Source of the DNA: Chloroflexota bacterium
Lineage (GTDB): Bacteria; Chloroflexota; Chloroflexia; QHBQ01
Assembly: GCA_043754535.1 (NCBI GenBank)
Contig: JAYUUN010000076.1
Span: 1-34,263 of the forward strand
Direction: 5' to 3'
DNA length: 34,263 nt
The notes under the pieces were generated by a model that ran no database searches, was not told the DNA's origin, and was given only the letters and a program-made list of their open reading frames with translations. Positions 1-8,506 of this stretch are shown here, piece by piece. The position numbers were made by a program, and so were the translations under genes. Every line of letters starts with the position of its first letter. Positions within the stretch are counted from its first letter, which is position 1.

Positions 1-127
1 CCAGCCGCGCTCCTGCCGCTGGGGTCGAACCCGTCAGCCGCGAGTGCGCCAAACTAACCCCGCTGACTGCGAAGCTGAGCAGCAGAGCGGCCAAGAGGGC
101 AAGACCAATTTTGCGAAAGTTTTGCAT
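1..127 (-). CDS. copC: 5' part of a CopC-family copper-binding protein (possibly a CopC/CopD fusion), truncated by the window edge
   Basis: Not in the ORF track. Hand translation from ATG at 127: MQNFRKIGLALLAALLLSFAVSGVSLA-HSRLTGSTPAAGARL. A signal peptide ending S-L-A is followed by H-x-x-L-x-x-S-x-P-A-x-G-A-x-L, the typical mature N-terminus of CopC with the Cu-binding His1. Confidence 0.8.
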   Translation of the reverse strand, partial: MQNFRKIGLALLAALLLSFAVSGVSLAHSRLTGSTPAAGARL

Positions 128-189
128 ATAAGCCTACCATCCGACTCTGCGCCGCCGCCACGCCCCCAGCTAGCTGCCAGACCCCAAAA

Positions 190-1776
190 TTACTCATGCC
201 AGGATAGCTCGGTGTGGCTGCCGTTCTCGTACTTCTGGAACTGGGTGAGAGCGGCAGTGGCAGGATCAAGCTGGTAGAGACCAGTTGCACCGACGAAGAT
301 TAGCCGCGTGCCGTCCTTCGACCAGACCGGGTAAGGCATATCCTCGTTCAGGCTGGTCAGGCGACGTAGGCCGCTACCGTCGCTGTTGACGATCCACAAG
401 TCCCAGGGCAGGCCGTGCGCCGAGGCTGCGGTAGGGCCGAAGAAGCCAACGATGCCATCCCACAAGCTGGCCTGCGGGGGGGTCTGCGGCCCACCAATCG
501 CCGCAAAGACTACCCGCTGGCCGCCGGGCGCAACGGCGGGGGCATAGATAGCGATGAACTCGCTGCCCAACACTTGCTTTGCGTTCTTGCCGTCCAGGTC
601 GGCGATCATCAGCCGCTGGGTGGTGGTGGGGATTGGGGTGGTCGGCACATTGCCAGGGCGGGTGGGCAGAGCGGCAACGGTGGCAGCCATACCCTCGTCC
701 TCTGGCAGCGTCTCTACATAGAACAAGTGCTGGCCGTCCAGCCGGGGCAACTGGGCGTTGGCGATCAGCGACACGCTCTTGCCGCTAGCCAGATCGAGGC
801 GGCGCACATCCCACTTCTGCCCAGTAAAGTTGCCCTGCGCGTCGTACTGCCACTTCATCGCATGATAGTAAATCTGCTTGCTGTCGGGCGACCACTGCGC
901 CGCCTCCAGGTTCTCATCCGCTACGTGAGCGGCTAGCTGCTGCTTGCCGCTGCCGTCGGCGTTCATAATCCACAGTTCGCTCAGTTGGTCGGCCATCGGG
1001 TCGCGCGGCTCGGCGGCGTAGGTGTAGACGATCTGCTTACCGTCGGGCGACCACACCGGGTCTTTCGCCCAGGAGCGCAGTTCTGGGTAGAAGGTGAGTT
1101 TGCGCTGGCGTTTGCCGTCGAGGGTGGTCAGCCAGATATTACTGTTGCGGGCAATGATGAGGCCACTGCTCAGCGGGCTGGGGTCTTCGGCAACTGCCAG
1201 CGGTTTGGCTAGCAGAACAAAGTGCTGCTGCTGCTTCTGGTAGTTCATGGTGTCCAGCACAAAGTAGTAGCGGCCCGCCTGTGAGGGGGTGGAGAGTTGC
1301 GCCTGCCACCAGCCCGGCTCCATGCTGGGGAACATTGCGTAGGGGTTGAGCGGCTCGCCACCGTAGAGGGCGGGCTTGCCCTGCTCGTCGTAGACGCTGA
1401 GGCTGGCAGAGAGGATGTCGCTGCTATGTTCGCCTGCCAACCTGACCAACACCTTGAGCGGGCTGGCAGTGTAGTAGTCACCAGTTGGCTCAAAGCGCAA
1501 CTCGGCAGCCTCCACCCCGGCTTGCGCGAGTGGGGGGGTGGGGGCCGCGAGGTCGAGGGTACCAGCGGCGGTTGGCTGCAAGTCTACGATGCGGATTGGC
1601 GTGCTTTGGCCGACAACCGGCACCGTGTTGACCGGCCTACCCCCACTGGGCGGCACGTAGATCGGGTTGCTGACACTACTGCCCTGGTCGCAGGCAACCG
1701 CCACCAGTAGCAGGGCAGTAAGGGCAAGGACGAGCAGGCGGCTGACGGCCCAGCGGTTGGGCAGATGTTTTGCCAA
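190..1776 (-). CDS. Lipoprotein with C-terminal TolB-like (PD40/WD40-like) beta-propeller
   Basis: 528 aa ORF. Lipobox-like LLVAVA-C. Repeats PVWSPDGKQIVY, AQWSPDSKQIYY, PAVAPGGQRVVF, PVWSKDGTRLIF and W(I)MNADGSG/WIVNSDGSG. TTG start preceded by AGAGGGG. Confidence 0.85.
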   Translation of the reverse strand: MAKHLPNRWAVSRLLVLALTALLLVAVACDQGSSVSNPIYVPPSGGRPVNTVPVVGQSTPIRIVDLQPTAAGTLDLAAPTPPLAQAGVEAAELRFEPTGDYYTASPLKVLVRLAGEHSSDILSASLSVYDEQGKPALYGGEPLNPYAMFPSMEPGWWQAQLSTPSQAGRYYFVLDTMNYQKQQQHFVLLAKPLAVAEDPSPLSSGLIIARNSNIWLTTLDGKRQRKLTFYPELRSWAKDPVWSPDGKQIVYTYAAEPRDPMADQLSELWIMNADGSGKQQLAAHVADENLEAAQWSPDSKQIYYHAMKWQYDAQGNFTGQKWDVRRLDLASGKSVSLIANAQLPRLDGQHLFYVETLPEDEGMAATVAALPTRPGNVPTTPIPTTTQRLMIADLDGKNAKQVLGSEFIAIYAPAVAPGGQRVVFAAIGGPQTPPQASLWDGIVGFFGPTAASAHGLPWDLWIVNSDGSGLRRLTSLNEDMPYPVWSKDGTRLIFVGATGLYQLDPATAALTQFQKYENGSHTELSWHE

Positions 1777-1878
1777 TGGAGATACCCCTCTTTAGGCACA
1801 ATCTTAGCAGACGGAAGTTTGTTCTCTGCTACAATTATACCTGAAGTGGGGGGGACGGGCAAAAAGGGCAGCGGCTTT

Positions 1879-2007
1879 CTAATGCAGATTTAACCGTGCT
1901 GTCAAAGGCAGCCGCCCACCCACTGCCTGGCGGCTTGGCGGATGAGCCTGCTTGAGCGTGGCCGCATCGTCTTGCCACTTGACCTTGAACGTTTTACTAC
2001 GAGCCAT
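1879..2007 (-). pseudogene. Probable truncated IS630-family transposase N-terminus (42-codon remnant)
   Basis: Strong SD AGGAGGTG before ATG 2007. Translation MARSKTFKVKWQDDAATLKQAHPPSRQAVGGRLPLTARLNLH*. The first ~21 aa resemble from memory the (I/V)xWQxDxxTLKQxY start of IS630-type HTH ORFs, and the similarity then stops. Confidence 0.5.
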
Positions 2008-2075
2008 GTCGTCACCTCCTGACGACACTAACATACTGTCCAGCTAAGCACAATGGTATCAGTCCCGTGGCAAGC

Positions 2076-2104
2076 AAAAGCCCCTACCAGAGATGGTAGG
2101 GGCT
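2076..2104 (-). terminator. Rho-independent terminator after the FHA gene
   Basis: Perfect stem AGCCCCTACCA-gaga-TGGTAGGGGCT followed by TTTT on the minus strand, ~24 nt after the stop at 2128. Confidence 0.8.
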
Positions 2105-2127
2105 GCTGTTGGACGCTGCCTGAGGAA

Positions 2128-3693
2128 CTAGCGGTTGCCGCTGAAGCGAGCTTCGACCCGCCCGAAGGAGATCGTGTCGCCGTCGCGCATAGCCTGCGGC
2201 ACCTTGGGGATCAGCTTCACGCCGTTGAGCTTGGTGTAGTTGGTGCTGTTCAAGTCCTCCAGCAGGAAGGTGTCACCATCGCGGATGATGCGGGCGTGGC
2301 GGCGGCTGACTCCACCTTCCTCGCCACCATGACTAGTGAGGTCGATGTCGGGGAAGATGTCGCTGACTGGGTCTTCGCGGCCCACGATCATCTCCTCCTT
2401 GTCCAGGCTGAACTCGACCCCGCTCCGCAGGATGATGCGGGGTGCGCTGACCGCAGTGGCCGCCTGTCCAGCCTGCTGGCCGCCCTGGGTGCTGGCTGGA
2501 GGCATGGCAATGGTTGGCTGCTCCTCAGCGGCAGTGCCAGCCCCACCTGCCAGGTCGTCGCCCGCCATTGGGCTGCTAGTCTCCGGGGTGACAGCCGCGC
2601 TACTCTCCAGCGCACTGCTCTCGGCCATGTGCTGATCGCCCTGCTGCTCCTGCTCGTTCATGGTTGGGGCAATAGTGATTGCAGCGGCGGTCGCGCTGGT
2701 GGGGCTACTGGTTGCCTCCTCGGTGCTGGCTGGGCTAACCACCATCACCTCGTCCGCCCCGGTGATCACCCCTTCGTGCTTGCTGCTGGGGCTAGCTTCG
2801 TCGGCGGTGAGGGCCGAACCAACCCCAGCTTCAGCCATGCTGATCGCGTCGCCGCTGATCTCGCCCACCTCTGGCTCGGTCGCATCGCTGCCAATAGTCT
2901 GGTCAAGGGGGTGCGACTGGTTGCTTGCCCCACTCTCAGCCGTTGGGCTAGAGCCAGCCTCGTCGGCACTGCTACTGCTGCCAACCATCTCGGCATCCAT
3001 GCTGCCGGTGGGCGCATCGTAGTCGGCGGGGGTCAGGTCGCTGCTAATGTCGCCGCTCGGCTGCACTGCTATGCCAGCCTCAGTTGGCACTTCACGCTCG
3101 CCAGCGACCGCCGCACTCGGCACTTCGCGCTCATCGGTCAGGGCGGCTACTGCATCTGCCGTGCCAGTGGTGTAAGCCTGCACGGTGGGCTGGCTCATGG
3201 GGCCGAGGGTAACGAAGCCTGTCTGGGCCGAAGAAGCGATCTGCTCTATGCGGTCAGCCAGAGCCGCCTGCGCCACATTCGGCAAGCCGCCAGAGATGTT
3301 GCTACTACCTTGCAGCGTGCCAAGAGCAGCCGCCTGCCCTCCCCCCCAGCTTGCCCAGTGGTCGGGGCTAACAGTGAGGCCAGCTTGCAGCAAGGCCGCT
3401 CCCAGGTCATCGGCACTGATGCTTTGACCACCAGCCGAAAGCTGGGCGGCCAGGGCTTGCAATGCTTCCTGGGGGATGCGCGGATGGCTGCTCTTGTTGC
3501 CTACGGCGTAGCTGCTGCCGCCAATGTTCATACTCATCTGCGCGCCCTGCATCTCGCCTGCCGAAACGTTGCTGCCGTGCTGGGCTGCATCATCTGCTGC
3601 CATTTCGCTGGCGATGCGGTCGGGGGCAGCGGGGGCAGTGCCGCCACTTGTTGCTTCGTTGCTCATGCTACCAGCCGTGTTCTGCTCGTCCAT
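2128..3693 (-). CDS. FHA domain protein with long acidic Ala/Ser-rich low-complexity N-terminus
   Basis: The C-terminal ~105 aa carry FHA motifs VGRED, GVSRRHA and EDLNSTNYTKLNG. SD AGGAGG upstream. Confidence 0.9.
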   Translation of the reverse strand: MDEQNTAGSMSNEATSGGTAPAAPDRIASEMAADDAAQHGSNVSAGEMQGAQMSMNIGGSSYAVGNKSSHPRIPQEALQALAAQLSAGGQSISADDLGAALLQAGLTVSPDHWASWGGGQAAALGTLQGSSNISGGLPNVAQAALADRIEQIASSAQTGFVTLGPMSQPTVQAYTTGTADAVAALTDEREVPSAAVAGEREVPTEAGIAVQPSGDISSDLTPADYDAPTGSMDAEMVGSSSSADEAGSSPTAESGASNQSHPLDQTIGSDATEPEVGEISGDAISMAEAGVGSALTADEASPSSKHEGVITGADEVMVVSPASTEEATSSPTSATAAAITIAPTMNEQEQQGDQHMAESSALESSAAVTPETSSPMAGDDLAGGAGTAAEEQPTIAMPPASTQGGQQAGQAATAVSAPRIILRSGVEFSLDKEEMIVGREDPVSDIFPDIDLTSHGGEEGGVSRRHARIIRDGDTFLLEDLNSTNYTKLNGVKLIPKVPQAMRDGDTISFGRVEARFSGNR

Positions 3694-3799
3694 GCCGATC
3701 CTCCTGTTATTTGTCAGATTGTCTGCTGCTTAAACCGTTAGCCCGGCAAACTTGTTTCCTATTTGCTATTGTATAGGTAGATCGCCTTGCTGTCAACAC

Positions 3800-5752
3800 T
3801 CAACCACCAAACAGCCCACGTAGGGTCGCTGCCGGGTCGGGCAGCCAACCGTAGGTGGCGGCATACCACCAGCCCGCCAGCCCAGCCGCCGCCACTTCGA
3901 GGGCGAAGGCGGTAACTAGCAGAGCAACACCACGCACCTGCTGCCAGCGGGTCGGCGCAGCCTGCACCTTCACCCGTAGCTCCTTCTCGCCGCCATTGCT
4001 GCTGACCAACACGCGACCGAGCAAGGTCTGGGCCACTGGCACGAAGATGAACAGGTGGACAGCAACCCACATCGCCACCGCCTGCGGCACAACCAGCAGC
4101 ACGGCCAGGGCAACGAAGGTGATTGCCGGGCCGAGCAGCCAGCTAGCGACTAGCAGCAGGATCGCCAGCAGCCCAACTGCCGCCCCCAGTGCGCCAAACT
4201 CCTTCTTCTCTACACTAAAGCGCAGGAAGCGGGCGAGGGGTCGGTAGAGGTTGGGCAAGCTGATGGTGCGGCGGCTGGTGGGCAGCAGCCGCGGCAGCAG
4301 GCTGAGGCGCAGGTTGGTGTTCGCCCCCTCCTGCTCCTGATCGAGGATCGGTGGCTCGGCGACCAGCCAAGCAGTGCGGCTGCGGACGGTGCCACGCAAG
4401 GCTCCGCCACCAGTGTTGCCAACAGGGATCGCCTTCGTCAGTCCACCAGTGCGGGCGAGTGTGGCAGGTCGCACGATGCCCAGGTCTACCTCCTCAGCGG
4501 CCAGGCGCAGGAAGGGTTTGGCAATTGCCCGCTCCTCACCGGGGACAGCCAGTGCGGCAGTCTTCTTGCGGGGGGCGGCCTCGGCTGGGCGGGTGGTGGA
4601 GCGGGCCGGGGTCGCCTGCTTTGCAGGGGCGGCTGGGGTCGGGTTCTTCTCTGCTGCGCCAACCCGCGCTGGCGTGGGGCGCGGGCTGCCAACTGCTTTG
4701 CCTTGCAACGCCGCCTTGAAGTCGCTTACACTCTGCCAGCGTTCGGCGGGGTCGAGCGCAACCGCCCGCAGGATAGCCTCCTCCACCTCGTTGCTGACCG
4801 CAGGGTTGATCGGCGTGATCGGGCCGAAGTTGAAGGGGTTGAGGCCAGGGTCGCGGTGGGTGAGCAGGTGATGCAGGGTCGCACCCAGGGCGTAGATGTC
4901 GCTGCGGGCATCGGTCTGCTCGCGGCCATACTGCTCTGGCGGCGAGTAGCCAGCCGTGCCAAAGGTGGTGGTGTCCCGCGTCTTGCCCGGTTGGTGGAAG
5001 CGAGCGATGCCGAAGTCGATCAGCTTGACCAGATCGCTTTCGCGGCCTCGTAGGAGAACCATCACGTTGCCCGGCTTGAGGTCGCGGTAGATGATCGGCG
5101 GTTGCTGGCGGTGGAGGTAGCCAAGCACGTCGCACAATTGCCCAGACCAGACCAGAACCTGCTGCTGGGTCAGGGGCTTCGGCGCATCCTCGATCACCTG
5201 CTGCAAGGTGCGCCCCGCGACGAACTCCATCACCATGTAGTAGCGCGGGCCAATGGCGAACAACTCCTGTACCTTCGGCAGATTGGGGTGGTTGAGAGTT
5301 TGCAGCAGCTTCGCCTCGCGCTCGAAGTCGGCCACCGCCTGTTCGCGCTCCTCTGGCAGCAATGAGGCCTGACTCATCTCCTTGATCGCCCACCGCTTGC
5401 CCCCTTGCAGGTCAATCGCCTCATAGACCGCCCCCATGCCGCCTTTGGCAATGCGCCGCTGCACCATATAGCGGTCACGCAGGGTAGTATTGCTGGCAAG
5501 CTGGCCGGTGCCACCGCCGAGCCGAGCCTGCGTGCCATTCTCACCCGCCAGCAACCCAGCATCCAGGGCGTAGCCGCAGTTGGCACAGAAGGTGTCGGTG
5601 ACTGCTACCGACTCCTTGCAGTTGGGGCAGCGGCGCAGGCGATGTTCGCCGCTCAACGAGGTGCCGCAGAAGGCGCAGAAAGCAGCGGTGTCCCGGTTGG
5701 GTTTACCGCAATGGGGGCAATAGATTGTAATGTCGCTGCTCTCTGTCGCCAT
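3800..5752 (-). CDS. Hanks-type Ser/Thr protein kinase with N-terminal double zinc ribbon and C-terminal membrane/Ig-like region
   Basis: CPHC/CAFC/CPNC/CANC. Kinase motifs GGMGAVY, AIKE, HPNLP, YRDLKPGN, DFG, GTAGYSPPE and DIYALG are intact. Pro/Ala linker and three hydrophobic segments. Confidence 0.93.
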   Translation of the reverse strand: MATESSDITIYCPHCGKPNRDTAAFCAFCGTSLSGEHRLRRCPNCKESVAVTDTFCANCGYALDAGLLAGENGTQARLGGGTGQLASNTTLRDRYMVQRRIAKGGMGAVYEAIDLQGGKRWAIKEMSQASLLPEEREQAVADFEREAKLLQTLNHPNLPKVQELFAIGPRYYMVMEFVAGRTLQQVIEDAPKPLTQQQVLVWSGQLCDVLGYLHRQQPPIIYRDLKPGNVMVLLRGRESDLVKLIDFGIARFHQPGKTRDTTTFGTAGYSPPEQYGREQTDARSDIYALGATLHHLLTHRDPGLNPFNFGPITPINPAVSNEVEEAILRAVALDPAERWQSVSDFKAALQGKAVGSPRPTPARVGAAEKNPTPAAPAKQATPARSTTRPAEAAPRKKTAALAVPGEERAIAKPFLRLAAEEVDLGIVRPATLARTGGLTKAIPVGNTGGGALRGTVRSRTAWLVAEPPILDQEQEGANTNLRLSLLPRLLPTSRRTISLPNLYRPLARFLRFSVEKKEFGALGAAVGLLAILLLVASWLLGPAITFVALAVLLVVPQAVAMWVAVHLFIFVPVAQTLLGRVLVSSNGGEKELRVKVQAAPTRWQQVRGVALLVTAFALEVAAAGLAGWWYAATYGWLPDPAATLRGLFGG

Positions 5753-5800
5753 GCCTTCTTCGCCGCCCCAGCGCAGGGGGAGGTAGGGTGAGGGGTTAGT

Positions 5801-6286
5801 CTACAATGTGATGCGGTAGGGTAGCCAATCGTGCAGGCGGGTTGCGCCCTGCCGCTGGTAGAAGTCAATCGCGGGTTGGTTCCAGTCCAGCACTACCCAT
5901 TCCAGCCGCCCGCAACCACGCCGCTGGGCCTCGGTCAGGCAGTGCTGAAAGAGCGTATAGCCAACCTTCAGGCTGCGGTACTCTGGCAGCACGAACAGGT
6001 CTTCCAGGTAGAGGCTCGGCTTCGCCAGGAAGGTAGAGTAGGTCTCGAACAGGAAGGCGTAGCCGACTGCCAGCCCGCCCACCTCGGCTAGAAACACCTC
6101 GAAGCGGGGCCGCTCGGCGAAAGCGTCGGCTAGCAGCCGTTGCTGGGCGGCCTCGTCGGGCGGGGGTAGCTTCTCGAACTCAGCGAGAGCCACAATCAGG
6201 GTCAGGATGCGGGGGCCGTCGCCAGGCTGTGCTTTGCGGATCGTTACCTCAATGGGGCTAGTCATCTGTGCTGGTTCATCCTTCAT
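5801..6286 (-). CDS. GNAT N-acetyltransferase (SSAT/polyamine acetyltransferase-like)
   Basis: YSTF..PSLYLEDLFVLPEYR..VG, RLEWVVLDWNQPAIDFY. An alternative start is ATG 6265. Confidence 0.88.
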   Translation of the reverse strand: MKDEPAQMTSPIEVTIRKAQPGDGPRILTLIVALAEFEKLPPPDEAAQQRLLADAFAERPRFEVFLAEVGGLAVGYAFLFETYSTFLAKPSLYLEDLFVLPEYRSLKVGYTLFQHCLTEAQRRGCGRLEWVVLDWNQPAIDFYQRQGATRLHDWLPYRITL

Positions 6287-6848
6287 TACGTGATGCTGGG
6301 CTGGCGGTCAGTGAGCGCAACCACTCTGTTGTTTCTCGCGGGTTATGTAGCCGAAGGACGTGCAGGTGGCGATGCTCTGGCTGCTCAAGCAGCAGCGGAT
6401 ACTCGCGCCGCTGCTTAGCGTGACTCTTGATCGACCAGAGGAACAGGTTGTTTTCTGGCTTCAGGCTCAGGTAACTACTCCAACGTTCGTGGTTGTTGCC
6501 CCACAGCACCTCGCGGCGAAACAGGCGGCGTAGGGTGCGGCGGAACAGGCGGCGCAGGGTGAGGGCCAGCGGGTAGTCCAGCCAGAGCAGCGTATCAGCC
6601 TGCGCCCACACGAGGTCGCGCACCCGACTGTAGTTGCCGTCCACCACCCAGAGCGGCTGCGAAAGGGCAGCAGCGACGCGGGCGCGGAACACCACGGCAG
6701 GTGCTTCCGTCCAGTGCGGCTCCCAATTCAGCGCATCAAGCTCGATGTGCGGTAGGGCCAACTGCTGGCTGATCTGGCGAGCCAGCGTCGTCTTGCCCGA
6801 CCCTGACTTACCGAGGATGACGATGCGCTTGTAGCTGGGCGCGGCCAC
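6276..6848 (-). CDS. Adenylate-kinase-like P-loop protein (FlaR/topology-modulation-like family)
   Basis: RIVILGKSGSGKTTLA, ELDALNWEPHW, WVVDGNY, ADTLLWLDYP. Confidence 0.85.
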   Translation of the reverse strand: MAAPSYKRIVILGKSGSGKTTLARQISQQLALPHIELDALNWEPHWTEAPAVVFRARVAAALSQPLWVVDGNYSRVRDLVWAQADTLLWLDYPLALTLRRLFRRTLRRLFRREVLWGNNHERWSSYLSLKPENNLFLWSIKSHAKQRREYPLLLEQPEHRHLHVLRLHNPRETTEWLRSLTASPASRNEG

Positions 6849-6866
6849 TTGCTCTCCCCCCTCTGC

Positions 6867-8255
6867 TCAATCTGGCAGCCGATCTAGCCGCTGGGTGAGG
6901 CGGCGGGTGGCGTACTTTAGTTCCTTCGCGCCGCCCGAACTGAGCGCGCCGCCCTGCTCCAGGTTGGCGGCCTCGCGGCTGGCGGCGGTGGCTAGCTCCA
7001 CCTCGCCCATCTCCAAGAAGCGGGTAGCAGCCTGCTGCAACTTGCTGGTGGCAGCCTGGATGTTGCCCATCTCCGCCTCGTTCAGGGCGCGGGTCTGCAA
7101 CTTGAACGCGCTGACCCGCTCTACGATATTCATCACCTGGGGGTCTTGCTGGGCTACCTGGCTCTGGTCGGCAGAGTAGTTGAGCAGGGCATCTACCTTG
7201 CTGCTCTGTTCGCCCAGCCCTGGCATGGTGTAGCTAGCCGTCACCTCGGCCACGCGATAGCTACCAGCAGGGCGGGCGGGGACAAGCAGTTCCAGCAGGG
7301 CAGCGGGTGGGTTCTCCGCTTCGAGGTTGCCAAGCGGGATCGCCACGCTGCGGTTGTCCAGCGGCAACGCGCCGAGGTCGCTGATCACCGGACGCACGCG
7401 GTGGGCGCGGCGCAACTCCACCCCACTCGCTAGCTTGATGCTGAGGTTGATCCCCATGATGCTGACCGATTGCACGGCGGATAGCTCCTGCTGAAAGGCG
7501 GGCGGGATGTCGGCTGGGTTCTTGGCGAAGTAGGCATTGCCGCCGCTCTTGTCGGCGATCCCGACTAGCAGGTTTTCGTTGAAGTCGCTGCCAATACCCA
7601 TCGTGCTGACCGATATGTTCTGGCTCGCAGCCTCGCCCGCAAGCTCCTGCACCCGCTCTGGCGCAAGGGTGTAGCCGTCGGTGAGGACAATCAGGCGGTT
7701 GATCACGTTCGCCCCCGCCCCCTTGCGTACCTCCGCCAGACCAACCGCGATACCCTCGGCCATCGCGGTTTCGTCGCCCACAGCCACACTGTCTATGGTG
7801 TCGATCACCGCCTGGATCGCCTGGCGGTTGTTGCCAGACTGCCCACTGGCTAGCACGTTGGCGCGGCTGGCGAAGGCAACCACGCTGAAGCGGTCGTGCG
7901 GCTCCAGGTTGTCTGCTGCCACCTGCAACGCCTTCTTGACCATCTCCAGGTTGCTGGGCGCGGCACGGCGGATGTGATCCGGTATCTTCTTGAACGAATA
8001 GACGGGGATACCGTCGCTGACCACCTCCTTGACCTGGCCCATGCGCCGCAACTCCTCGAATTGCTCCTGCGACAGGACGGGGATGGTCATGCTCTCGCTC
8101 TTGTCTACGACGATAGCAAGGTTGATCGGCACCTGCGCCTGACCCAGCTTCACCGCCGGGCTGGTGCTGATCAGCAGGTAGACCAGGCGGATGCCGCTGT
8201 CGGCGGGGACGGCGGGGGTGTTGGGCTGCACCCGCAAGTTTAGCTCGTTAGCCAT
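6867..8255 (-). CDS. von Willebrand factor A (vWA) domain protein
   Basis: MIDAS DKSES, T in ETAM, LTDG, STMGIGSDFNE. Helical C-terminal region. SD GAGGAG upstream. Confidence 0.9.
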   Translation of the reverse strand: MANELNLRVQPNTPAVPADSGIRLVYLLISTSPAVKLGQAQVPINLAIVVDKSESMTIPVLSQEQFEELRRMGQVKEVVSDGIPVYSFKKIPDHIRRAAPSNLEMVKKALQVAADNLEPHDRFSVVAFASRANVLASGQSGNNRQAIQAVIDTIDSVAVGDETAMAEGIAVGLAEVRKGAGANVINRLIVLTDGYTLAPERVQELAGEAASQNISVSTMGIGSDFNENLLVGIADKSGGNAYFAKNPADIPPAFQQELSAVQSVSIMGINLSIKLASGVELRRAHRVRPVISDLGALPLDNRSVAIPLGNLEAENPPAALLELLVPARPAGSYRVAEVTASYTMPGLGEQSSKVDALLNYSADQSQVAQQDPQVMNIVERVSAFKLQTRALNEAEMGNIQAATSKLQQAATRFLEMGEVELATAASREAANLEQGGALSSGGAKELKYATRRLTQRLDRLPD

Positions 8256-8325
8256 ATGCTCTCCTCAATTGACCTTGCTCCCTGCGGAGGCAAAGTAGGG
8301 TCTGTCTCAACTATTATCTACGCCT

Positions 8326-8334
8326 ATCATACCA
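8326..8334 (-). promoter_or_regulatory. Putative extended -10 promoter for the vWA cluster
   Basis: TGGTATGAT (TGn-TATGAT) on the minus strand ~70 nt upstream of ATG 8255. Confidence 0.45.
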
Positions 8335-8433
8335 CATGAGTTGCACTGCTACAATCAGACAGCTAGCAGCCCAGCGGAGTTGCAGCGGGCGGGGCCTTTC
8401 ATCCCCAATCCTACGCCAGCTAGCGCATCTTTG

Positions 8434-8462
8434 TTACATTCTGGCCTACCGCTGCGTATAAT
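8434..8462 (+). promoter_or_regulatory. Putative sigma70 promoter for the four-paralog array
   Basis: TTACAT-17 nt-TATAAT (8457-8462) upstream of SD AAGGAG at 8493-8498. Confidence 0.5.
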
Positions 8463-8506
8463 AGCTGTGGGTAGAGATGCACTTTGCTCAGCAAGGAGAC
8501 GCAGCG

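Noticed and set aside
20..34. GGTTCGACCCC resembling a tRNA T-arm on the minus strand
   Set aside because: No cloverleaf can be built, and it lies in frame within the CopC coding sequence.
2053..3741. 562-aa plus-strand ORF
   Set aside because: Antisense to the FHA gene, with no motifs, and it runs through the terminator.
4536..5393. 285-aa alternative-frame ORF inside the kinase gene (and similar nested ORFs in acnA)
   Set aside because: Arg/Pro/Ala-rich off-frame products expected at high GC, with no independent signals.
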